Shown here piece after piece: positions 1 to 6,987 of a stretch of 13,416 bases of DNA. The DNA lies in assembly GCA_031364845.1 (NCBI GenBank), contig JANLWX010000061.1:1-13416 (forward strand). The letters run 5' to 3'. How positions within the stretch are numbered: position 1 is the stretch's first letter; each line of letters opens with the position of its first letter. The notes below the pieces were generated by a model that ran no database searches, was not told where the DNA came from, and saw only the letters and a list, made by a program, of their open reading frames with translations. This DNA is from Candidatus Eiseniibacteriota bacterium (GTDB taxonomy: Bacteria > Eisenbacteria > RBG-16-71-46). Made by a program: the position numbers and the translations under genes.

Positions 1-168
1 GTACGAGTGCATCGAGGGATGTGCCTCCCGCGCGAACAGCCGGCGCACATCGAACTCGGCAATGTGGCCCAGGAGATGGGCGGTGGTTCGCGAGTCCTTG
101 CCGACGTATGCGGTGAGACCGTACTTGAGGTCGTGATCGGCGAGATGGGAAGCGGTGTACGGATTCAT
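1..168 (-). CDS. 5' part of a probable HNH endonuclease / DUF222-like protein (runs off the left edge)
   Basis: Not in the ORF track. Hand translation from ATG 168 gives MNPYTASHLADHDLKYGLTAYVGKDSRTTAHLLGHIAEFDVRRLFAREAHPSMHSY, open to base 1. A strong RBS, GGAGGTG, lies at 177-171. It matches the N-terminal pattern 'SHLxD..L...L..LV..DR..TA.LL.H.AE.D.RRL.....YPSM..Y' that I recall from multicopy HNH/DUF222-like proteins. The HNH motif itself would lie outside the window. Confidence 0.7.
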   Translation of the reverse strand, partial: MNPYTASHLADHDLKYGLTAYVGKDSRTTAHLLGHIAEFDVRRLFAREAHPSMHSY

Positions 169-268
169 GTCACCTCCGCGCATGCAAACAACGCAATCGA
201 TCGCGGGGGCGATGAATGTCGCTTGATTGTACTTCCGGTGATTTTGACGCTCTGAGATCGACAGACTC

Positions 269-291
269 TTCACGACATCGATCGTCGTGAA
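269..291. repeat. Inverted repeat (8-bp stem) followed by a short T-run on +
   Basis: TTCACGAC (269-276), 7-nt loop ATCGATC, GTCGTGAA (284-291), then AGTTTTCTC. Function unclear (terminator-like or UTR structure). Confidence 0.5.
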
Positions 292-413
292 AGTTTTCTC
301 TCCGGGACGGATCGAGGCTACGAGCAGCCCTCTCGTGCGATTTGAGCCCCGGCCACGATGCCGGTCTGCAGATTTCTCAGATTGAGTGCGAAAGACCGTC
401 AAGAACAAAGTGA

Positions 414-464
414 GGTGCGAACCGGGCACACGGGTAACAGATCAGACCGGGGACATGGGTTACA
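414..464. mobile_element. Solo IS481-family-like terminal end with two internal 19-bp direct repeats; no transposase
   Basis: ACCGGGCACACGGGTAACA (421-439) and ACCGGGGACATGGGTTACA (446-464) are 16/19 identical with a period of 25. The reverse complement TGTAACCCATGTCCCCGGTCTGATCTGTTACCCGTGTGCCCGGTTCGCAC resembles the doubled TGT(T/A)ACCCATGT motif I recall from IS481-family ends. Confidence 0.55.
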
Positions 465-643
465 GCCGATATGGACTGGGCTCATTCGTAATCCGGATTC
501 TTCTGACCAGACGCGAGCGTGGTTCCGCCATGCCCGTCCTACCCAGTCCCCGCCTCGGCCCCCGCCAGCCCCTCAGAATCCCGGACCCGAACGCCTCCGA
601 GCGGTGTAACATCCCCCAGTCCGGGCACTCAGAGGAGGTCGCG

Positions 644-1489
644 ATGAAGACGCTGTCCGCCGTGCTGCTCGCCGCCTGGGCCGTGGTCGTGCTCCAGCCC
701 GCCGTGAGCCACTGGAATTTCGAGCGCCAGGAAACTGGGCGCATCCGCACGCACCTCGCAAGCGTTGAGCAAGCCCTCCGCGCCCGCGACGTATCAGCGC
801 TCACACCCGCACAACGTGACGCACGCGCGCGAAACCTCGATGCGCTGCGCGCCTACTGGACATCCGGCGAATTCCCGCACAATCACGACTTCGAAAACCA
901 GCGCGTCCCCTACTTCGTCGATCGCCACGGCACCCGCTGCGCCATGGCTGCGCTCATCGAAGGCGCGGGTGGCGCGTCACTCGTTCGACGCGTCGCGCAC
1001 GATGCGAACAATGCGCGCGTGCGCGAGCTGGCGAGCGATGGGGAGATGATCGCGTGGCTCGACACGAATGGCATGACGGCGGACGAAGCGGCGCGAGTTC
1101 AACCGGCCTACGACAGCCCGCCCTACTACTCCCCGCCACCGGCGGTCGACAACCATCGCGGCATTCATGCAGGAATGATCGTGCTCGGGCTCACGGGCGT
1201 CGGCGTCAACGGACTCCGCGAGGTATCTCCGGATTCACGCCACGCGGCGATCACGTTCGGAATTGCGGCGGGGGCGGTGTGCATCGTGGCGGGCGGCGTG
1301 CTGATCGATGACGAGATGGGGCTGAGTCTGCTCGACATGGGCGCGGGTGTCGCGTCATTGATGGCAGCAGTACACAACTACAATCATCTACCCAGCCCGC
1401 GGAAATCTTACATCGCGGCGCGGCCCAGCGCGGGACTGCGTGTGAGCCCCGAAGGCATCCCACAATTGGCAGTGCGCGTGGGGTTCTGA
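644..1489 (+). CDS. Conserved hypothetical exported/membrane protein (281 aa)
   Basis: GGAGG (634-638) precedes ATG 644, a better start than 386. Signal peptide MKTLSAVLLAAWAVVVLQPA. Motif-rich domain GEFPHNHD..RVPYFVDRHGTRCAMAALI..EAARVQPAY. Gly-rich hydrophobic C-terminal segments; ends in Phe. Confidence 0.8.
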   Translation: MKTLSAVLLAAWAVVVLQPAVSHWNFERQETGRIRTHLASVEQALRARDVSALTPAQRDARARNLDALRAYWTSGEFPHNHDFENQRVPYFVDRHGTRCAMAALIEGAGGASLVRRVAHDANNARVRELASDGEMIAWLDTNGMTADEAARVQPAYDSPPYYSPPPAVDNHRGIHAGMIVLGLTGVGVNGLREVSPDSRHAAITFGIAAGAVCIVAGGVLIDDEMGLSLLDMGAGVASLMAAVHNYNHLPSPRKSYIAARPSAGLRVSPEGIPQLAVRVGF

Positions 1490-1500
1490 AGCGGCGACGT

Positions 1501-2700
1501 CTACCGCTCCTCCGGCGGCTTCAATTTCCGAAACGCCCGATACAGCAAAATGTCGTAGCCGATCTTCAACGCCGAGCCGATGAACAACGGCATCCCGAGC
1601 GCTCCCTGCATGAACAGTCCGGCGAACGACGGTGCCACGGCCCACGCGCTCATGCGGACCAGGCTCGTGACGCCCGAAGCGTAGAGCCGCTCTTCGGGCT
1701 TCACCATGGCCATCACGTACGACTGGCGCGTCGGCACGTCCATCTCGACCAGTCCCTCGCGAAGCAGGAACAGAATCGCCGCGATCGCGAAGTTCGGCGC
1801 GAACGCCACGCTCGCGAGCAGCAGGCTCGATGGAATGTGGGTGAACACCATCGTGTTCACGAGCCCGATGCGGCGCGCGAGCCACGCGGCACCTAGATGC
1901 GAGAACGCGTTCGCGACACGCGCGCCGAAGAACAGCACTCCGATCGCGGCTTCGCCCACTCCGAAGCGCACGAAGAAGAAATATGAAATCAGCGCGGTGG
2001 TGAGAAACCCTCCGCCGAGACTGTCCATTGCGAACAGCGCGCTGATGCGCCACACGAGCTTGCGGCTCTCGGGCGATACTTTGGTCGCCCGCGCGTGCGG
2101 CGCCGCTTCGACCGCAGGCGAAAGCCTCAGATAGAGCACGAGCGTCGCGAGAATCAATACCGCATAGAGCGCGAACGGAGCGCGCAGTGAATCGAGCTCG
2201 CCCATCGCGGCGCGGCGGTGCAGCAATTCCGGGATTCCGGCAGCGAGGCTGCCGAGCGCGTGCCCGGCGTCCTGGAGCACGTTGTACCAGGCGACGACGC
2301 GCGTCCGTTCCGTATCGGTCGTGGTCGCGGGTAGCAGCGCCTGCTCGATAGCGAGCGCGGCGCCGCGGTCGCGTCCCATGCCGTTGAGCATCCCGAAAAA
2401 TGCGGCGGCGGCGAGCACCCACGCGTCGGTTGCGAACGCCGCGACACCGGCGCCGGCCACTCCGAGCATCGCGAGCACGATCAGCAACCGGCGACGACCG
2501 AACAGGTCTCCACGAAAGGTCGCGAGCAGCGTCGCCATCGCGCCGCCGGCGAGGCCCGCGGCAATCACGAGGCCGATACGCGTCGCGTCAAGACCGGCCT
2601 TTGCGAGGTAGATGCCGAGCAGCACACCGATCATGCCCGTCGCGAGCGCGCGGATGAACGCGGCCGAATAGAGCAGCGATCGATCGCGGGAAAGATTCAT
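1501..2700 (-). CDS. Major facilitator superfamily transporter (399 aa)
   Basis: About 12 hydrophobic helices, MFS motif A (GDLFGRRRLL) and its C-half echo (LARRIG). Start placed at ATG 2700 (MNLSRDRSLL), which avoids overlap with the GNAT stop at 2750. Confidence 0.92.
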   Translation of the reverse strand: MNLSRDRSLLYSAAFIRALATGMIGVLLGIYLAKAGLDATRIGLVIAAGLAGGAMATLLATFRGDLFGRRRLLIVLAMLGVAGAGVAAFATDAWVLAAAAFFGMLNGMGRDRGAALAIEQALLPATTTDTERTRVVAWYNVLQDAGHALGSLAAGIPELLHRRAAMGELDSLRAPFALYAVLILATLVLYLRLSPAVEAAPHARATKVSPESRKLVWRISALFAMDSLGGGFLTTALISYFFFVRFGVGEAAIGVLFFGARVANAFSHLGAAWLARRIGLVNTMVFTHIPSSLLLASVAFAPNFAIAAILFLLREGLVEMDVPTRQSYVMAMVKPEERLYASGVTSLVRMSAWAVAPSFAGLFMQGALGMPLFIGSALKIGYDILLYRAFRKLKPPEER

Positions 2701-2749
2701 GCGAGCCAGCGCGGGATCACGCGCGCGCGGCCGAAATAGCGCTCGCCGC

Positions 2750-3529
2750 TCAATCGAGTTCGCGAAGCTCCGGCTCGAAGCGCACGACACCCTTCACGCC
2801 TTCGAGCGCTCCGGGTCGCAGCTCGCGGACCTGAAAGACGTCCTCGTTCACCGGCAACTCGCACGCGATGTCGAACTCGTGCGTGGAGCGGAATCCGAAG
2901 CGGCCGTAGTAGGCGGGATCTCCGAGCACGAACACGGCTTCGGAGTGCATGCGCGCGAGGTGCCCGAAACCCGCCTCGATGAGGCGCGTTCCGATCCCGC
3001 GACGCTGAAGCTTCGGCAACACCGCGACCGGGGCGAGCACGACGAAACGCGGAGCACGCGTTGCGGCGGAGATCGGGGCCACGACCGGCGCCACAGCCGG
3101 AGCCTTGGTCTTACTCGCGATGCGCGCCGCTTCTAGCACTTCCTCCATCTCACGCTCGCGCCGCTCGCGGTCGAACTCCTCCTCGAGCGACACCCACGGC
3201 ACTGCGGGCTCCGCGCGCCGTGCTCTCGACCGGCTCCGTGACGGCGGAGTCGCGGCCGGCGCGGCAGCGGGCTTTGCCGGCGCGACAGCGGGGATTTCCA
3301 CTGCAGGCTCCAGCCACTTCGGCTCGAGCGTCAGGTCGAGATGGGCTTCGGTGAATTGCGAAACCCCGACGATCATGTCCTCGCGCAGTGCCGCAAGGGA
3401 GAGCACGAGTGCGCGCCGCGCACGCAGCGCTTCGACCGCAGTTCCTTCGGCGGTGCGACCGAACGCGCCGTCGAGTACACGGCGAATCCCTGCAGCATCC
3501 GTAGGTTTTTCCGGTCGAATCGAATCCAC
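2750..3529 (-). CDS. GNAT N-acetyltransferase, YhbS-like, with a long internal insertion (259 aa)
   Basis: Proposed GTG start at 3529 (VDSIRPEKPTDAAGIRRVLDGAFG). Acetyl-CoA motif A LAPVAVLPKLQRRGIGTRLI, then VFVLGDPAYYGRFGF and a C-terminal GVVRFEPE. The upstream part of the listed ORF overlaps rskA and is probably not real. Confidence 0.88.
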   Translation of the reverse strand: MDSIRPEKPTDAAGIRRVLDGAFGRTAEGTAVEALRARRALVLSLAALREDMIVGVSQFTEAHLDLTLEPKWLEPAVEIPAVAPAKPAAAPAATPPSRSRSRARRAEPAVPWVSLEEEFDRERREREMEEVLEAARIASKTKAPAVAPVVAPISAATRAPRFVVLAPVAVLPKLQRRGIGTRLIEAGFGHLARMHSEAVFVLGDPAYYGRFGFRSTHEFDIACELPVNEDVFQVRELRPGALEGVKGVVRFEPELRELD

Positions 3530-3570
3530 GTAGGAAGGTGTCCCGGGGACCTTGTGCGGCGGGTTTCCGA

Positions 3571-4488
3571 CTATCCGCTGAGCTTGCCGAGCATGACGAC
3601 CGGACCCGACGGAGCGGCCGGGTTCGGGGATCCGCCCTCGGGCTCGATCGACACCGCGAACGCGCTGAGCGCGAACGAATCTCCGACGTTCTCGAGGCGC
3701 ATCGTGGCGTGTCCCTGCGTGTCGGCGGTGATCAACCCGAGACTCGCGGGCGTCCCGCTGCGGATCACCCACAGTTCGTAGTCGCGCGCATTGGGCTTGA
3801 TGAAGTTCTCGAACACGATCACCGCGCGCTTGGTGACGGGATCGTACGTGGCGCGCGCACGCATGCGCGGGTCGCCATCGGTGGTGGGCTCGAGCACCGT
3901 GACGCGCGCTGCCGGCGCGATCAGCACCTGCGCCCACTTCTGCTCTTCAGCGATCCGCTGCTCGAGCTTCGCGATCTGGCTGCGGCTCGATCCGAGATCG
4001 GTCGAGAGTGTCTGGGTGCGCATCCACAGCACACCGGTCGTGAGCGCGAGTGCCGCGGCCGCCGCGAGCGGCGCCCACGACATCCACGCCGGACGCGAAG
4101 GCAACTCAACCATGCGACCTTCCGGCGAACCCTTGTCGCGCGAATATGGAGGCAACTTGCGATCGGGCATCGGCACCGGCGCATCGGAGCGTCCCGGCGC
4201 GGCTCCCGCCGGGCGAGCCCGCTGGGCCGCACCGTCCTGTGCAGTACCGCCGCTCGCCGTCGCGCTGGCAGCCGCGAGCACGCGCTGGCGCAGCGCGGGG
4301 TTCGGCATTACGCGCGGCGCCGACGCAGCGACCAGCACCGTGGCGGCGGAGAAGTTCGCCATCGCCATGCCGCACTCGCGACAACCGTGCTCGAGATGCT
4401 GATCGAAGCGCGCCTGATCGCCGGGATCGAGACACCCGAGCGCCCACGCCGCACACAGATCGATGTATTCCGAATCGTGCTGACTCAC
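3571..4488 (-). CDS. rskA: Anti-sigma factor, RskA family with N-terminal zinc-binding (ZAS-like) motif (305 aa)
   Basis: GTG 4488 overlaps the sigma stop (GTGA), with RBS GGAGGAG at 4500-4494. Contains AAWALGCLD..HLEHGCREC, PNPALRQRVL, one TM helix and a coiled coil. The RskA C-domain reads YELWVI..PASLGL..FAVSIEPEGGS..PSGPVV. Confidence 0.9.
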   Translation of the reverse strand: MSQHDSEYIDLCAAWALGCLDPGDQARFDQHLEHGCRECGMAMANFSAATVLVAASAPRVMPNPALRQRVLAAASATASGGTAQDGAAQRARPAGAAPGRSDAPVPMPDRKLPPYSRDKGSPEGRMVELPSRPAWMSWAPLAAAAALALTTGVLWMRTQTLSTDLGSSRSQIAKLEQRIAEEQKWAQVLIAPAARVTVLEPTTDGDPRMRARATYDPVTKRAVIVFENFIKPNARDYELWVIRSGTPASLGLITADTQGHATMRLENVGDSFALSAFAVSIEPEGGSPNPAAPSGPVVMLGKLSG

Positions 4489-5042
4489 GCCCACTCCTCC
4501 TGCGGCATCATCTCGCGCAGGCGCATCAGGCCCTGTCGAGTCCATGACTTCACTGTGCCGAGCGGCGTCTTGAGACGCTCTGCGATCTCGCTCTGCGACA
4601 GCCCTTCGAAGTAGGCGATCTCAATGCACTCACGCTGCTGAGGCGTCAATTGCGCCAGCGCTTCGCGCACCCGTGCACTCAACTGCACATGCACCGCAGA
4701 CTTCGTCGGATCCTCTGGGGGAGTCACCGGCTCCGGGTCCACCTTCGACTCGGCTCGGTTGCGTGACGACATGCTGCGATAGCGATCCAATGCCCGGGTG
4801 CGGATCATGGTGACGAGCCAGGCCGCGACCGTGCCGCGCCGCGGGTCGTAACTCGACGACCGCTTCCACACCTGAAGCCAGGCGTCCTGCACCGCGTCTT
4901 CCGCATCCGCCGAACTACGGAGGATCCGGAGCGCCACCGGGTACAGCAACGGCGTGTAGCGATCGTACAGATCACTCAACGACCGTGTGTCTCCGGCCTG
5001 CGCGCGCTGCAGGCATTGCAGATCCTGCTCTTGCTGGGTCAA
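4485..5042 (-). CDS. ECF sigma-70 factor, SigK-like (about 185 aa)
   Basis: Region 2 LYDRY..AEDAVQDAWLQVW..YDPRRGTVAAWL..RTRALD; region 4 LTPQQRECIEIAYFEGLSQSEIAERLKTPLGTVKSWTRQGL. Coupled to rskA. The start is uncertain: TTG 5042 is preferred, GTG 5084 is the alternative. Confidence 0.93.
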   Translation of the reverse strand: MTQQEQDLQCLQRAQAGDTRSLSDLYDRYTPLLYPVALRILRSSADAEDAVQDAWLQVWKRSSSYDPRRGTVAAWLVTMIRTRALDRYRSMSSRNRAESKVDPEPVTPPEDPTKSAVHVQLSARVREALAQLTPQQRECIEIAYFEGLSQSEIAERLKTPLGTVKSWTRQGLMRLREMMPQEEWA

Positions 5043-5074
5043 TGGGCCTCGCTGCCGCTCATGTTCACTCTCTC

Positions 5075-5100
5075 TACGTCTCACGGCCCCGATTGGACGA
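5075..5100 (-). promoter_or_regulatory. Putative autoregulatory SigK-type ECF promoter
   Basis: TCGTCC-N15-ACGTA on the minus strand just upstream of the sigma gene, with the same spacing as the + strand site at 5251-5276. Confidence 0.45.
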
Positions 5101-5250
5101 GGGCGAGCGCCGGAGCGGAATCATCCGTCCGTTGCACATCCATGGGAGATCCCGGACCGCGGCAAGGCCGGGACGCCGGCACGTTACGCCGGGACCCGCC
5201 CACCCACAAGTGAACGGGCCCCCCGCACGCAGAACTTGCTGCCCCGCCAC

Positions 5251-5276
5251 TCATCCGACCGGCCGCGCCGGGCGTA
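5251..5276 (+). promoter_or_regulatory. Putative SigK-type ECF promoter, divergent from the sigma gene
   Basis: TCATCC-N15-GCGTA resembles the CCATCC-N15-CCGAA type of promoter I recall for mycobacterial SigK. Confidence 0.5.
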
Positions 5277-5387
5277 GCTTGAATGGAAGGGGATCCCGGG
5301 GCGATCTGGGGGAGTCACGGGGTTCCCGACCAACGTGCATCGAGCCCCCCACGCAAACACTGCATTCGAGTGTGCGCCGCGCGAAGG

Positions 5388-5417
5388 TTGACTTGTCCCT
5401 CCCCACGCCCCCATCTT
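5388..5417 (+). promoter_or_regulatory. Putative housekeeping sigma-70 promoter of the TPP-riboswitch operon
   Basis: TTGACT (5388-5393)-N18-CATCTT (5412-5417), about 30 nt upstream of the aptamer. Confidence 0.5.
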
Positions 5418-5446
5418 CCCTCCCGTCCGCCTCCTGGCGGACGACG

Positions 5447-5535
5447 CGTCGTTAGGGGTGGTCGGCGGAGCGATGCCGGCCTGAGAGCACACCCTTCGAA
5501 CCTGACCTGGATAAAGCCAGCGTAGGGAAACGGCG
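5447..5535 (+). ncRNA. TPP (THI-box) riboswitch aptamer
   Basis: P1 CGTCGTT/AACGGCG; P2 GGGT/ACCC; P3 GGTCGGC/GCCGGCC; conserved CTGAGA (5481-5486); 3' core GAACCTGAcCTGGATAAaGCCAGCGTAGGGAA. Lies 54 nt upstream of a transporter ATG. Confidence 0.95.
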
Positions 5536-5589
5536 AAGACCAACGAGCTCTCCGCTGGGCTTCCTGCCGTCCCTGCCCGGGGACCGCCC

Positions 5590-6987
5590 ATGTTCAGCAG
5601 CAGCCCGCTCGATTGGGGGCTCGTCGGACTCTACTTCGCATTTCTCGCCATCGTGTGGTGGCGCGGACGCGGGAAGATCTCGACCACCGTCGACTATCTG
5701 GTCGCGGGGCGGCGCGTGACGTTGCCGGCGTTCGTGGCCACGCTGGTCGCGACCTGGTACGGCGGCATCCTCGGCGTCGGCGAGTACTCGTGGCGCTACG
5801 GCATCTCCAACTGGCTCGTGTTCGGCGTGCCCTACTACATCGGCGCGCTCCTGTTCGCGGTGCTGTTCGCGAAGCGCGCGCGCACGATCGCGCTCTACAC
5901 GATCCCCGACCTTCTCGAGCAACGCTACGGACGCGGGCCCGCGCTGTTCGGGGCGCTGATCGTGTTCATCACCTCGGCACCCGCGGCGTACGTGCTGGTG
6001 CTGGGCACACTGTTCGCCGCCATGACCGGTCTGCCGCTCGCGCCGTGCATCCTCGCCGCGGCCGTGCTGTCGATGTTCTACATCGACAAGGGCGGCCTGC
6101 GCACCGTGGTGTTCACCGATCAGGTGCAGTTCGTGCTCATGTACGCGGGCTTCGTGATGCTGCTCGCGTTCCTGGTCGCGCGCCACGGATTGCTGCCGTT
6201 TCAGCCCGGCGCACTCCCGGCCACCCATCTCACGTGGCACGGCGGCAATCCGCCGGCTGCGATCTTCGTGTGGTACTTCATCGCGCTCTCGGCGCTGGTC
6301 GATCCCGGCTTCTGGCAGCGCGCGTTCGCCGCACGCGATCCGCGCGTCGCCCGCACCGGCGTGCTGTGGTCGATCGCGTTCTGGATCGTGTTCGACTTCA
6401 TGACCACGATGTGCGGCCTCTATGCGCGCGCACTGCTGCCCGCACTGCGCGATCCGGTGCTCGCGTTTCCCGATCTCGCGAACCTCGTGCTTCCACCGCT
6501 GGCACTCGGGCTCTTCTATCTCGGCATGATCGCGACCGTGATGAGCACGATCGACTCGTACGGCTTCATCGCCGCGACCACGATCGGCCGCGATTTCGTG
6601 TGGCGAATGCGGCGCGATGTGAGTGAAGCGCGCATCCCGTTCTACACACGCGTCGGCCTCGGGATCGCGACTCTGTTCGCCGCCGGCATCGCGCTCACGA
6701 CGCGCAGCGTGATCGATCTGTGGCACGACATCGGATCGGTCACCACGCCCGCGCTGCTGGTGCCGGTGGGCGCCGCACTGCTCGGCCTGGGCGCGCTCGG
6801 CAGCCGCTGGGCCCTCGCCACGATGGTAATCCCGTTCGCCATCACGCTCGCATGGGTGCTGATCAAAGCCTTCGGCGAAGCACATGCGTATCCCTTCGCC
6901 CTCGAGCCGATCTACGCCGGGCTCGCTTCGTCGCTCGTCGTGTACACCGCGGGGCGGCTCGCCCATCGCAGAGGAGTCACGCCATGA
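5590..6987 (+). CDS. Sodium:solute symporter (SSS) family protein; predicted thiamine/precursor transporter (ThiV-like) (465 aa)
   Basis: SSS signatures DYLVAGR, TLVATWYGG, TIPDLLEQRYG, GGLRTVVFTDQVQF, WQRAFAA and IATVMSTIDS. The substrate is inferred from the riboswitch. Confidence 0.92.
   Translation: MFSSSPLDWGLVGLYFAFLAIVWWRGRGKISTTVDYLVAGRRVTLPAFVATLVATWYGGILGVGEYSWRYGISNWLVFGVPYYIGALLFAVLFAKRARTIALYTIPDLLEQRYGRGPALFGALIVFITSAPAAYVLVLGTLFAAMTGLPLAPCILAAAVLSMFYIDKGGLRTVVFTDQVQFVLMYAGFVMLLAFLVARHGLLPFQPGALPATHLTWHGGNPPAAIFVWYFIALSALVDPGFWQRAFAARDPRVARTGVLWSIAFWIVFDFMTTMCGLYARALLPALRDPVLAFPDLANLVLPPLALGLFYLGMIATVMSTIDSYGFIAATTIGRDFVWRMRRDVSEARIPFYTRVGLGIATLFAAGIALTTRSVIDLWHDIGSVTTPALLVPVGAALLGLGALGSRWALATMVIPFAITLAWVLIKAFGEAHAYPFALEPIYAGLASSLVVYTAGRLAHRRGVTP

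Noticed and set aside
7..255. 82-aa plus-strand ORF
   Set aside because: Antisense to the better-supported minus-strand ORF starting at 168, which has an RBS and family resemblance.
421..464. CRISPR-like mini array
   Set aside because: Only two 19-bp imperfect copies with a 6-nt gap and no cas genes; an IS end fits better.
386..643. N-terminal extensions in the ORF track (also 3530-3937, 6720-6983 and 9291-9611)
   Set aside because: Downstream starts have an RBS, a signal peptide or a family-typical N-terminus; the extensions overlap other genes or non-coding elements.
3050..3340. Intein in the GNAT
   Set aside because: No N-terminal C/S block, no His-Asn followed by C/S/T, and the sequence is low complexity.
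1388..4614. Long alternative-frame ORFs (1388-2422 -, 3538-4614 +, 3791-4402 + and others)
   Set aside because: Arg/Ala-rich shadows of the MFS, GNAT and rskA genes with no family signatures.
5283..5525. 80-aa leaderless ORF
   Set aside because: Pro/Arg-rich and runs across the sigma-70 promoter and TPP aptamer, so it is unlikely to be coding.
5452..6966. 504-aa minus-strand ORF
   Set aside because: Antisense shadow of the SSS gene in high-GC DNA; Arg/His/Asp-rich, no motifs, and it overlaps the riboswitch.
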